Shown here: positions 39,151-52,419 of the stretch, piece by piece | How the letters are laid out: each line of letters begins with the position of its first letter | How positions within the stretch are numbered: the first letter of the stretch is position 1 | NCBI RefSeq assembly: GCF_006345805.1 | Contig: NC_042997.1 | Span: 20,460,001 to 20,524,000 of the forward strand | DNA: 64,000 nucleotides | Origin: Octopus sinensis | Taxonomy: Eukaryota | Direction: 5' to 3' | Program-made: the position numbers and the translations under genes | Notes under the pieces: model-generated | Database searches by the model: none | The model's input: only the letters and a program-made list of their open reading frames with translations | Told to the model about the DNA's origin: nothing

Positions 39151-39690
39151 AAATAGACTTAGTCTGGTAATAATTTTATCAAAATTTTTTTTATCTAATA
39201 GACTTTTCTAAGCATAAACTAATAATGCTATTACAAAATAAAGAGGAGTTTTACCCTTAACACTCCTTTACTGACTGGTTTTACAAGCAATCATCTGATA
39301 TGAGGGTAACGGAAACACTATTTTTGCTGGATGCAATAACTTGTAGCCACAACCACTGCATTTTCAAAGGCCAGATATGTATCTTCTGAGCAAGTCACAC
39401 TCACAGTCCTTCAGTCAGATGCAATAACTTATGACCACCTCAGCTATTGAATTTTATATATCTTTCAACAAATTGTTTGCATATAGTCATGTAATAATAG
39501 AGTTAGCACACATAGACTGCCAAGCCATAAGCTATTAGCAATCTGCTTTTCTTCACTCTCTTATTTCCTTGACAGAAGACTATACAACAGGAATCAACAG
39601 GATCTTTTCTTCTCTGTATAGAACTCCCTTTACAGCTGATCTAAAATATCAGAATGTTTACTTTGAAGGAATAACCAATTCACAGAATCT

Positions 39691-39822
39691 TATTTTCTGC
39701 CAGTTTTACATAAAAGCTGTATCTACTTTTTCTTCTTAGTACAAGAATCTCAGCTTCTCTGTTAATTACAAATAACAGCCCAGTTATGACGAATTTACTT
39801 TATTTTACCAAATTAGATCCAC
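39691..39822. repeat. 132-bp arm of a long-range inverted repeat (partner 48618-48749)
   Basis: 4 mismatches in 132 bp by manual alignment. Confidence 0.92.
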
Positions 39823-40212
39823 TATTGTTTGTCAGCAACCAGTCAACATTTATCATGCTTGATTGGTCATACTCATTGAAAGATTGGAAATAAGAAAGAA
39901 TAATGACATTTTTGATTTGCAATCTCATGCTTCCAGGTTCTATTGCAGCCTTGGGCTAATCATGATTTTGTGAGTAGAATTATATTTGCACTGAAACTGT
40001 ATGGAAGTCTCTTGCATGCACAAACGCACGTACACACACACACACACACACACACATACACATGTGTGTGTATTTATGTGCATACATATTTGTGTGTGTG
40101 TGTGTGCATATGAATGTATGTGTGTATACATATATGTCTGTGTGTTTTTCACTGGTGTATATTAGAAAGAAATCTGACCAACTAAAATTTCTCCTAATAT
40201 TTGCTCTACATA

Positions 40213-40426
40213 TAAGGTGGTTAGCTGGCGGTATCGTTACCACACCAGGCAAAATACTTAGTGATATTTCATCTGTTCTAATGTTTGGAGTTCAAATTCT
40301 GCCACGTTCGGCTTTGCCTTTCTTCCTTTTGGTGTTGATAAAATAAGTGCCAATTGAGCACTGAAGTCAATGTAACCAACTTACACTCTTCCTCAAACTT
40401 GCTGGCCTTGTGCCAAAATTTGAAAT
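40213..40426 (+). mobile_element. SINE family B, tail type 3
   Basis: Family B head and core; tail cttgctggccttgtgccaaaatttgaaat. Confidence 0.8.
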
Positions 40427-40669
40427 CTATATTTGTTCAACATCGATATAAATTGATAGGTGAGTGCCATGACATAAGAGTAACATAGATATTGGCAAAA
40501 ATGCTTGTGATCTGGATTTCATTCTGTTGTAGTGAAAACGGTACTCCTCTTCCCATGAGACAAAGTGGTATGACAAGCCACTATAAAGTTCTATATTTAA
40601 TAGATGAGAAATTATGTACATTATTTACATTATTTATAATTGACAGATTTTTTCCTCATCTTGTTTGTT

Positions 40670-40720
40670 GCTAACACAATGTTTCAGCTGATATACTCTC
40701 CAGCCTTCATTAGGTGTCTT
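40670..40720 (-). ncRNA. Degenerate minimal type I hammerhead ribozyme
   Basis: gacac-CTAATGA-a-GGCTG-gagagtatat-CAGCT-GAAAC-att-gtgtt. The core differs from CUGAUGA at one position, and stems I and II can form. Confidence 0.6.
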
Positions 40721-40801
40721 GGGGAAATTTCGAACCTGGGTTCTCATTCCTAAGGTATTTTTCAGTGTTATTATTATTATTATTAGTAGTAGTAGTATTT
40801 A

Positions 40802-40874
40802 GGTCACTGCCTGGAATCAAACACGGAATCTTGGGGTTAGTAGCCCATACTCTTAACCACTATGCCATATGCTC
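40802..40874 (-). ncRNA. tRNA-derived module with Pol III A/B boxes; not an intact tRNA gene
   Basis: A box TGGCATAGTGG, anticodon-like arm ggg-ctACTaa-ccc, B box GTTTGATTCC; poor acceptor stem. Confidence 0.7.
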
Positions 40875-42633
40875 GTGGGCAATTATGGAGTGAATTTTAA
40901 AGCTTATAAATCAAATATTCTCCTATCCTTCCTTAATACCGGTTCCCATATGCTGTTCATATCTGCACTCAGTACGCTTAGGAGGTTGTTGTGTCCTAGC
41001 ATATGTGCTGCTTCTTTTAGTTCTCTTTAGACAGAGAAAACCACTGGCAAATAACAATACCAAAGGTGAAAATATTAAAGAAATACTTAAATAAAAATAG
41101 CTATTTTTTTATTGTTATTACTATTAGGTAATAACAATAAAAAAAATAGCTGTAGCATAAACAACATATCTGAAAATAGCAATTAGAAGTCCACAGAGAA
41201 AATATAAGAATGCCAGGTTTTAAATTCATAGACCAGAAGTAATATGCATTCGAGGGGATCAAAGCATAAAAAAAGAAGGCAAGGAAAGCTAAAAGTTCCT
41301 ATCAAGTATACACTGAAAATGCCCGAAATGCTACATAGCATTATACAAAGTAGATACATGTGGCATTGTTTGAAAGGAAAGAAAAGCAATCCAATATGTT
41401 CTGTATCTCAGAAAAATTTCTATTTTCTATTGATACTTTTTAACTAGATCCTCACTATATGTAAGTGATGATCCACAACATGACACTATTGCTAAATAAG
41501 CAGAGGATTTTGAGGAAAACATTGATTTTTTAGAATTGGCCAGAGATTCTGATGTAACTTCAGGTTGAACTTCAGGTGTTAATTACACTCTAAAATCTAG
41601 AAAAAATTTCAATTTCATATCAAAGGATTCCATAATGAGAGTTGTGCTAAAAGCAGAAAGTCAAAGTTCTACAATTGCAGTACTAATAACTTGAGGGGTT
41701 TCTGTCCTCTAGAAAAACAAAAACATGAAAGGAGACCCAAAGCTAAAATTAAAACAACATCAATAAAATCAATATTAATGAAACAACAAGGGAATGCTCT
41801 ATGTAGTTGATTAAATTTCTCTCATATCAAACCCTTCCTTCTTAAAAATTTGGGAATGACAAATCATATCACAGATTTCTAATAACTGAGCCAACGTACA
41901 TTCTTGTGTTACACTGGGTTTTTGAATTTTTAAGTGAATTGGAAAATGACATAGTATTTACTGATTTTAAGGCACTACACCACACTGGTTCACTTGTACT
42001 CTTTAAGAGCAAAGTGCAATGCATACACCCACTATTTGCTTAAAATCAATTTTAATGCTAAATTCTCATGTGCACAGTGAACAATAAGAATCAAAGCAAT
42101 GATATACATACTCAATTATAATATGTTCCAGCAGATTTGAACATGTATATGTTGATCATTGCTGTATGTCATCATTGTAGAACATCTTACTAAGAAATGA
42201 TAGTTCATATCAAAATTCATTGATGTAAGGAGACTTTGCAACACTGGTATTTCTTCAGCCAAAGATACCCCAGGCTAATGAACTCAGCAAAAGTTCTGAT
42301 GCTTCTTTAAAGAATTCACTAAACAAATTATTTGCTGAATTCTATAAGCAACATCTAGTATCCTAATGTGACGTATGAAAAGTAAAGGAATACAGCTGTA
42401 GTTTGAAAAATTCAAGATTTCGAGAGATTGTCAGTTGGAAGGAGATATGCTTACTATATATGCTGTTTCAGGCAATTTGACAAAATTTCTCTTATAGAAA
42501 GCTAAGAGACAGATATAAACTATAGACTGGTGGCTTTATTATGAAATTATTTTTGATAAAGACATATCTTGGCTGGCATAAACATTTTTATTTTCAGCAA
42601 AGTTTCAAGACAAAAGGGAATAATTGGCCAATG

Positions 42634-42862
42634 ACATCCTCATCATCATCATCATCATCATCGTTTAGCGTCCGTTTTCCATGTTAGCATGGGTTGGACG
42701 GTTCTACTGGGGTCTGTGAAGCCAGAAGGCTTCATCAGGCCCAGTCAAATCTGGCAGTGTTTCTACGGCTGGATACCCTTCCTAACGCCAATCACTCCAT
42801 GAGTGTAGTGGGTGCTTTTTACGTGCCACCCGCACAGGTGCCAGACAGAGCTGGCAAACGGA
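42634..42862 (-). mobile_element. RTE-type 3' tail with V-domain-like motif
   Basis: Close match to 14240-14457. Confidence 0.8.
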
Positions 42863-43291
42863 CATAAGAAAACAAATTTCTAATTGATGTAAACCTATGG
42901 AAACCAATTACAAATTGGGATAATGTTACTGAATTAGTAACTTATTTCAATAAAAGTGAGGTTCGAATGTTACATCAGCAACCTCGTTACAACAAAATTC
43001 ATTCATGTAGTTGGTAACCTGTTTTTAGATTCCTATTTGTATTCATTATTATGTCTCTATTATTCACCCTGGTATTTGTTAATTTTTAATTTGCCAACAT
43101 CTAAACAATAGCTTTCCTTTTTTAGCAACTCTCATTACTCTTTCCTGCTGGATTCCTGAGCATGACCAACTGAGACTATGGCTACTATTCGACCATGTCA
43201 TTCTTGGTCTACCCTAGGTTTCTTGCCTGCTGGCTCAGCTTGAAGAATTTTTTATGTAATCCTTTGCTGCAACTTTACTTTTAGTACTTCA

Positions 43292-43705
43292 CATAGGAGT
43301 GGCTGTGTGGTAAGTAGCTTGCTTATCAACCACATGGTTCCTGGTTCAGTCCCACTGCGTGGCATCTTGGGCAAGTGTCTTCTACTATAGCCTTGGGCTG
43401 ACCAAAGCCTTGTGAGTGGATTTGGTAGATGGAAAGTGAAAGAAGCCTGTTATATATATGTATATATATATATGTATATATATGTGTGTGTGTGTGTGTG
43501 TGTTTGTGTGTCTGTCCCCCCAACATTGCTTGACAACTGATGCTGGTGTGTTTACGTCTCCGTAACTCAGCAGTTCAGCAAAAGAGACCAATAGAATAAG
43601 TACTAGGCTTACAAAGCATAAGTCCTGGGGTCGATTTGCTCGACTAAAGGCGATGCTCCAGCATGGCACAGTCAAATACTGACACAAGTAAAAGAGTAAA
43701 AGAGT
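43292..43705 (+). mobile_element. SINE family A, full length
   Basis: ggagtggctgtgtggtaag...ggttcagtccc...ttgggcaagtgtctt...(TA)(TG)n...caagtaaaagagtaaaagag. Confidence 0.92.
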
Positions 43706-44429
43706 AATATGACTATAGTACTAGAGCTGATCTGTGATCTCTTGATGTAGAGAAATGATAGCTTGACCTGATCTCTTGAGACTCCTTGATCTCTGAGCTA
43801 CACACTCTGTCAAGTGATACTACTACAGAAATCCTGATTCTTTTTAATGGGGCCCTATGAAAAGGACTCTACTCCCACAACTCTGTCAGGAGTAGTAGGT
43901 GGAGTAAATGGATGGATGGATGGATTAATGGATAAACTATACATGGAACATACATACTAGATTGAACCTATTTTAAACACACAATAAATGTAAGGAACTC
44001 ATACATAAGCAAGAAGTCCAATAATTATTTCTTTACCAAATGTGGTACTTGAACAAACTGATTAGTGCCATTTTGAAGATGACAAAAATCATAAAAATAC
44101 CTCAGTCTTAAATATCATCTGTAGAAATCATTAAAAATCCAAACTAAAATAAAAATGATAATTCATCAAACTACTTCAGCAGTTTCAGTCAAATTTCTGA
44201 ATATTTTTCTCATTGGAAAGTAATGTAAGGATTGTGATTATTGTAAGAAAGTATTGATTATTGTATAACGGATATAAGAAAAATTGCATATAGAGATAAT
44301 ATAACTTTTGGTATTAATAAAAATCAAAAATCAAAATGTAAAATCATGCAGAAACTATGGTGAAATTAATCTTTTGATTGATTCTTCATTATAGATTAGC
44401 ATATATTTCCTATTGCTTTTACTGTGAAC

Positions 44430-44596
44430 ACGCACATGCACACAAGCATATATACATATATATCATACATATATTATATACATATCATATATATATATAT
44501 ATATAAATATATACGTATATCATCACCCTCACCATCATCATTCACCGATACATATTTATGTGTGTGCATATGTATATATATGTATATATATATATA

Positions 44597-44646
<50 letters not shown>

Positions 44647-44768
44647 TAGGTTATATAGATATATACATAAAGTTATATATACTTACATATATTTTCATAT
44701 TTATGAACAAATATATACATGCACTTATATATTTAGAGTTATACATATATATAATATATATGTATATA

Positions 44769-44813
<45 letters not shown>

Positions 44814-45310
44814 CTACTAATATGTATATACATACACACATGTACATATTATATAGTGTGACTTGTGTTTGTGTGCGCACATGAGTGTGTATGCATGCCA
44901 GTCTTTCTATATGTGCAGATGCATAGTAATGTGTGCCAGTGTACATTTACTTAGCATAAGAACTAACTCTGCAGGCAGGTAGGCAAAAAGAAACAAAAGT
45001 CAATGTTGTAATACATTAAGTCCATTGGTCGCTAATGCATAGCTGGAAGGTGTCAGATTTCAATTAACTTTCAAATGAAAGAAGAAGGATCAAATGAATA
45101 AGAAGCAAAAGAGGTAGTGCTTGTGATAATCAAGTAGTTACTACCTGCCCATTTCAATCTGATTCTCTATTGTCTTTCAGTCTATTTTATGTGCAGAAGA
45201 CATTAAGAAAAAGTCAATTCCCATCTATTGAACAAACACATAGAGAAACTTTCTATAAGAAGAAATAAAAAAAAAATAAATATGCAGCTTTCTTTTAACA
45301 ACATTTGGTA

Positions 45311-45359
<49 letters not shown>

Positions 45360-45424
45360 TTTATATATATATATATACATATATATATACATATATATAC
45401 ATATACATATTTATATATATATAC

Positions 45425-45455
<31 letters not shown>

Positions 45456-45590
45456 CATATATACATGCATATATATATATATACATACAAACATACATAC
45501 ATACATATATATTTTTTACCATATATCTGAATATATCATATATGTATTTATATATATATGTGTATATATATATATGTACATTTATATATG

Positions 45591-45627
<37 letters not shown>

Positions 45628-45760
45628 ATATATGTTTATATATGTATATGTTTATTATGTATTAAATATATATACATGTACATATGTATGTTTTTATGTA
45701 TATATGTGTATGTGTATGTGCTTGTGTGTGTGTGAATGTGTGTATGTGTACATATTATGT
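44430..45760. repeat. Two large degenerate TA/CA/TG microsatellite fields (44430-44900, 45310-45760)
   Basis: Directly visible; source of the YI/CV-rich pseudo-ORFs. Confidence 0.9.
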
Positions 45761-47199
45761 GTGAAGCAGTACTGGATTAGACATAATTGGTTATTTATGG
45801 ATTCCTTTAAAAAATAAATAAATGAAAAAAATTCAATGATGATAAAATAACAATTCACATTATTACCCTTCAGCAATCGTCGAGTTGCAATGTAAAATTG
45901 TTCTGTCTAATGCAACAGGTGAATAAAGCTGAAGGCTTTTAATAGTTGCTATGCAGAATCAGCTGTGATGCAATGTTGATTAATAGATCCATTAAACATA
46001 AAACTGATTACTAAAACACCAGACTTTTTACTAACTTATCACTCAGTATAGTGTCAAAGAAACTAACATAGTATATTCTTAAAAATATCCTGTAAAACCT
46101 TCGCTCTTTTTCAATGTAACAGAATCTACAACAAAAAACAACAACAACAACGAGAAGAACAAGAACAACAATAGGTAACAATCTATCTAAAGTGCAACGA
46201 GAGTGGGCATTTCTTATTGAAGTCATTTAACTGAGACTGAATGATTTGACAACTTTCTAATATTTCTCTTGATATTAATCGGATTAAATAGAGACATGTG
46301 ATGAGAATAAATTTTGCGGTTTGGATGAAGAAGAGCGATGGGAATAAGATAGGTAAGGAAAGCTGGTGAAGAGATAAGCAAAAGAAAGTAGTAATGTAGG
46401 ATTTAAGAGAATTAGAACTTACAATAGATTTGAGAGATGATAGAAACAGCTGGAAAACATATTACTTATAATCAGACTGTATCACATAGTCAACTTACCG
46501 TTGTCATCATCATCATCATCATCATTGTCAGCAACATTATCATCATCACTGGTCCAAAGTGTCAACTCCTGTGGGATTTCTGGCTTTTTTGTTGGCCCTT
46601 CAATCCCCTTTTAGCTGATTATAAAACCAGATGCTATCTTTTACTGATGTTTTGACATTTTGTTATAGTTATGTTATTATATGAAACTGAAAAAGTAAGT
46701 TATGAAAGCATCATATGTACGTAGTCTATCCACAGTTCCTCATTGTATTTTATGATTTTTATACTAGGCATATACTAAAGTAAAGCAATAAGGGTCTCTT
46801 AACAAATTAGAAACTCTTAATTCAAATACAAACTGGTTGTTTTGAGTATGGTAAGGCAAGAGCCTTTGCTTTAAATCATCTTTATTTTCATAGCACCATT
46901 AATAGCATTATAATAAAACATGTAGTTATATTTTGTATTGATCTATTTTAGAGAATTCTCTACAAATGTGAGACATTTTACAAAACTATGTTCTATTACC
47001 TTATATACATTATTGGCATTATACGTGTGTTAGCTGTTTTATCTTCTGCATTTAATTCATCTGTTGAGCACTACCAAGCCAAATGAGTTTCAATGTATGA
47101 ACTATGCTAGGACAAACGACAAAGCAAAATGTAGAAAAAAAACATTTATATTTTGCATCATACTTTGTCTACTATTTCTCATCACTTATACAAAAAATT

Positions 47200-47388
47200 T
47201 TAGTGGAGGTGTTGTGTTTTTGAGCAAAACACTTCATTCCACATTGCTCCAGTCCACTCAGCTGGCAAAAATGAGTAATCCTGCAACAAACCAGTGTCCC
47301 ATCTAGGTGGGGAATTTGCACATCATGAAAACCAGGAAACCAGCCCTTATGAGTTGGCATAACTCAAGAAGGTAACTTTTACTTTACC
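47200..47388 (+). mobile_element. Meta-like SINE, 5'-deleted
   Basis: ttgagcaaaacacttcattccacattgctccagtccactcagctggcaaaaatgagtaa matches the minus strand of 497-565. Confidence 0.7.
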
Positions 47389-47759
47389 TGTATAATAGAT
47401 TTTGATTTCAAGATTCAAGGTCTTGGTTCATATTGAAATTATTTTTATATGGGAATGTACAAATTTATGTATTTTGATCATTCAGACAATAGCCACATCT
47501 ACTTTAGGTAAATTAACAGATTATGAAATATTGTATTCTTTTATGAGAATCACTGGAAATGTGATAAGCAATAAGTATCTCATAGTATCAACTGGCGGTT
47601 TTATGTTAATGTTGGAAAATTCTGTAGCTTTTATGTAAACAATAAATTAAACTTTATGTTTTTGGTAATCAGGACTAAGATTTTTGATAATTCTAGAAGG
47701 GATAATTTAAATGTAAGTCTCTATAGACTTTCCTGAATTTCATTACCTTTCAATAGTTT

Positions 47760-48170
47760 TAATCTGGAGGGATGGACTATAGCCATTATTCTTGCACTTC
47801 TTTAGGGACTGATGAGATCAATGCATTTGATGTTCAGTCTAAATAGATTTAAGTCAATGTCTTTAGGAAGGATGTGAGTTGAAAGAGAATTTATGAATGC
47901 TGATGTTCTTGAATAAAAAAAATCAGGCAATATTAATGTAAGTGGGTTTGGGAGTTGTAAGTGGATGAGCCAATGGAGTATCAGACTGCTGGCTATGGGT
48001 TTATCCCTTTAAATCCTTTTTCTATACATCTATAGCGAAGTCCCATAACCATCAACAGCCCAATTTCTTAACTGCCAGTTAGTATCACAAAATACTTATA
48101 GCTTATCGCATAAAATCAAATAAATAATGGAACTGAACAAACTCAGGAATGCTGCTCTATTTCAGCTTCA
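47760..48170 (-). mobile_element. Very old LINE 3' remnant (CR1/Jockey group)
   Basis: Minus strand ...RTSAFINSLSTHILP.DIDLNLFR resembles the PRTS.LWNSLP..VFP...L..FK C-terminus. Confidence 0.35.
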
Positions 48171-48617
48171 TTTAAAAAAATTATTCAAAAATAGCACTTG
48201 AAAAATTGTTACAATTTTGCATATAGAGACAAAACAAGATTTTGTACAATAGAAAGAATAAGCAGTTAAAATAAAAACAAAAATATGTGGAGATATTAGA
48301 CATAATATCTGGATGAAATATTTCAAAAATATAAAATAGATGACAGTTATTTTAGATAGAATCACATCCTAAAACTCTTCCCAGTTTTCACTTCAAATGT
48401 AGGATATCATAAATAAATGTTTAGTAGAATATGTATTATATCAATAATCAAAAATAGAAAATAAATACTAAAATAAAAAAGCTTGTTTGGGGTATTATAA
48501 ATCTTTCTGTATTAAAAAGTGAATATCCTATTAAAATAATTATAAATCAAACTTTAGAATGTAGAAATATTGAATTATATCTTATAGAATGCTATTTAGT
48601 AATTGAAAAAATCTTTG

Positions 48618-48749
48618 GTGGATCTAATTTGGTAACATAAAATAAATTCGTCATAACTGGGCTGTTATTTGTTATTAACTGAGAAGCTGAGATTCTTGTA
48701 CTAAGAAGAAAAAGTAGATACAGCTTTTATGTAAAACTGGCAGAAAATA
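48618..48749. repeat. 132-bp arm of a long-range inverted repeat (partner 39691-39822)
   Basis: Includes a 69-bp perfectly complementary run (48681-48749). Confidence 0.92.
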
Positions 48750-49599
48750 CGATACTGTGAAATGGTTTTCCATTCAAAGCAGTTTATCTATTCAAGCTGG
48801 ATAATTTTTTCTTGATATTAGTTGTAATAGAATAAGGAAATTTTAAAACCATTTTAGTAAACAATCTCATAATATGAAACTGACACTCATAACAAAATTT
48901 TCCTTCATGTTCCAAAGCTTCTTTAATTATAGGAATAATTACCACCACTTGGTAGATACTAGTGATGGAAATTGTTATTTAAATTGTGGTGGTTCTAGGA
49001 AAGCTGATAACTATATTTTGTACCATTAGCATATTTTGATAGTTTAGAACAGGCACGAATTTACAAGTCCATCCCTCTGATGTGAACAGAATATTTTTTT
49101 GAGATGTATTATGTACTACTCTGATATATGTGACTGCTTGTATCCCAAGATTGGTTCAGTTATTCAGAGTTATATAAAATTCTTTTACTTTGATTACTTT
49201 CCCGATATATTTATTAATGTATACTTCAAAACTAAGCTTGCAGTAAACACAAACAACTAACCCATTTGTTTCTTAAATATTGCTCAAGTAACCACCACTC
49301 TCCAGTTTCAAAAATTTCCTTATCTTTCTATTACCAAAACTTAGCATTTGAGTATAATGTGCTTTAAAATTGTACTTTTAACTTCTTTTAAGTACTTTTA
49401 ACATCTCTTAATTTGACTTAACCTCACCTGATTTATTCAATTGCATTATTTCATTCTCCTTCTTTATCTGTCTAACTTCTCCTACTAATGGGATTACCCT
49501 GCTGTCTTTCAATATTATGGCATTTGAGTATATCAATCAGAATTTACATGTGAAAGCTGAAGATTGAAGGGTTTAGGTATTAAACACTTTATCTTCATG

Positions 49600-49832
49600 T
49601 CCATTGCTGCATGGTTCTGTAAGTTGCACTCATGCTAATAATGATATTGATCATTTCCAGTCTTCTATGGTAACATGTCTGAGCATGGGAAATATTACCT
49701 AGTGAGAGGAACAGGTAAGGATTGGTGACAGGAAAGGCATCTTCCTATAGAATATCTGTTGCAACAAACTTTTCCTGACTCATGCAAACAAGGAAAATGG
49801 ACATGAAATGATGATGATGATGATGATGATGC
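49600..49832 (+). mobile_element. V-domain-like SINE/RTE tail
   Basis: ggtgacaggaaaggcatc...aaaatggacatgaaatgatgatgatg. Confidence 0.65.
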
Positions 49833-49834
49833 TG

Positions 49835-49871
<37 letters not shown>

Positions 49872-49959
49872 TATCGTCAGTGGATCATATATTCCAAAAA
49901 GAAGCACATTGTAATGAATAGAGCAGTAAAGTATTTACGAGCAGTTAAATAGATGCCTA

Positions 49960-50070
49960 GTCATAGTGACCAATGGTTTCACATCTATACAGCACTAAGT
50001 CCTTGAGTCTAACAAGCCATCTATAAGGCCTAGTGCTGTATGAATACGAAACTATTGGTCACTCTATGAC
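49960..50070. repeat. Imperfect foldback hairpin (~45-bp arms)
   Basis: gtcatagtgaccaatggtttc...atacagcacta...cctt / aaggcctagtgctgtat...gaaactattggtcactctatgac. Confidence 0.8.
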
Positions 50071-51958
50071 CGAACATATAAATAAATAAATAAATAAATA
50101 TATAAATAAATAAATAAATATGTGAGAGAGAGAAGGGTTTTGGTATCCAGAAGACCCAAAATGGCAGGTAAGGCTATGTAAGTACTATGGAAGGACGGCT
50201 GTTAAATTCCCGGTTCAATAATAATATGAGTGAGGAGTAAGACAATATCTGGACTTAAAAGACATGATAGTTCACAAAACCATTCATTCAGAATCATATT
50301 CCAAGGGGCAAAGGTATAGAAGAAACTTAAATGATATCTGTTACTAGTGTTTTAAACCCTGACAGTCAGCAGCTAGTCTTAAATGTCATCTAAGGGCTCA
50401 TCAATGGAATGATTGTACTGAGTATTGGGGTGAGGTGTGCATATTGATGGAATAGTTATCATCTCTCAAGATGAACCAATCATTATATATATATATAGTG
50501 TAATAAATAAAATATATGCATACATACAAACATATATGTATGTACCTACATCTACATGTATATATACATGCATATATAAATATATATACGTACAGGACAC
50601 CACAAAAAGACGTAGAACTCAACAGAAACGAAAACGGAAAAGCCATTTTTTTTACAACAGAAAGAGAGAGACGTGGAACAGGACGAGAACGAAAACGGGA
50701 AGCATTTATTGATATATATATATATATGTTTATATGTCTTAATATTTGGTACGTAAATATTTGTATGTAAAACAGGCAAACAAACTCCAAATTATTTTCA
50801 TTTATTTCATTTAATAGAATATATTACCTTATATTTTCTTTCTTTTTTCTTTTGTTTCGCTGTCGTGTATATATATATATATATATTTTTTAATTTATAA
50901 TTTGTCCCATACTTCCTAATACACTGTGTAGAAATATGCCTTCAATCAAGTAGTATTAATATGAAGGGTTAAACTAGTTAGATTGTCTTCATCCTTACAT
51001 CAAAACACCCTTTTCAAGTGGTAAGTTAATAGAACAGCTTCTACTCACAAAAGAATGACAGCAAAAGAGCAGGGTTGGAGAAAGTCAAAGCACAAAATAA
51101 GTAAATAAATGAATAAATAAATATGTAAGATAAATAAAATATTGTCATTTTTCTCTCTCACTCTTTCTCTGCCTTGATCTCTATTTTTTACTTTCTCTCT
51201 CCTTTGTGGAATAGAAAGAAAATTCTAATTACAAACTACAGAGATGTCGTGAGCAGATCTTCGTTCAAATGCAAGAGCTTTTGGTCACGCACTATTTTTA
51301 GAACGGCACTGCATTTTTTTTTATCAAGAAGTGAAGTAAAATGTAAAGAAATTGATTAAAATGATAAAAAGAAATGGTAGTAGAAATGAATAAGGCAAGG
51401 TAAAAAAAAAAAAAAACGAAATCTTCAGAAGCAAATTGTAACTGTTGGAATAAAAGGAGCTTAGTAAAGAAATAGTAGTTGAAGAAACCATACATGCAAC
51501 AGTGAAGGAAACACAAGATTGAATGAAAGAAGCATAGATGAAATGAAACTGAAAATAAATTGGAAGCATTAGTAGTGAAGATAAGATAGATGAGAGCATT
51601 GACAAAATGCAAACATTTCTCACCAAAATAAGTAAACCTAAATTAACGGCAAGAATCATAAAGAACATTTATACATCTTCTAAAGATTTTGAAAAGCTAA
51701 ATCTCCTGGATTAATATATTGAAGTGGATTACAAATGTTAACTAAAAGGATTAAAAGAAAGATCATGGTTCAATATTGACAAGAGCAAAGAGTGAAGGAG
51801 AATGTTTGAAAAATTTAATAAGAATGCTCAATCATCTTCTCTTCTATTATTATATTTTGCCAAGAATGTCATAATATTTCTCTCGTTTATTCTAGTCTTA
51901 GTTATTGTAATGCAGAAGAAACTAATTGAACTCAATCACTAAATTATATTTGTTTCTC

Positions 51959-52380
51959 CAGGGCCGTATTTATACCTAGTGGAGAATTCTGGGCCAATAA
52001 ATTTTGGGGGCTTCTACGATGTTTTTGGCCCAATAAATAAAATGTGGGCTCAATAGTTTTCAAAGCTATTGGATTTAGAAAAAAACAGTTAAACAAGGAT
52101 ATAAATAACAAATTATTTATTTGATTGCTGTAAATAATATCTTTTATCTTTTATCTTTCATTTGTTTCAGTCATTAGACTGTGGCCATGCTGGGGCACTA
52201 CCTTGAAAGGTTTAATGGGTAAAAATCGAACTCGGGACTTCTTTTAAGGTCTGGTACTTGCTCTATGAGTCTCTTTTGCTGAAACACTAAATTTGGGTGT
52301 GGGGTGTAAATGAAACAACACTAGTTGTCAACTGGTGGTGAGAAACGAACACAAATACATATGTGTGTGTATATATACAC

Positions 52381-52419
<39 letters not shown>

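Larger units (their letters stand above)
40587..41030 (-). mobile_element. Penelope-like element 3' end: GIY-YIG C-terminus, tRNA-like module, (TAA)n, hammerhead-like motif
   Basis: RELKEAAHMLGHNNLLSVLSADMNSIWEPVLRKDRRIFDL* (stop 40904-40906) resembles the R..KEA..I...LN...IW.P tail of PLE endonucleases. Confidence 0.7.

Noticed and set aside
40802-40874. Functional tRNA-Ser(ACT) gene
   Set aside because: Poor acceptor stem, no long variable arm, mutated T-loop, and embedded in a retroelement.
45110-45148. let-7-like seed GAGGTAG in a small hairpin
   Set aside because: The hairpin is under 40 nt and the rest does not match let-7.
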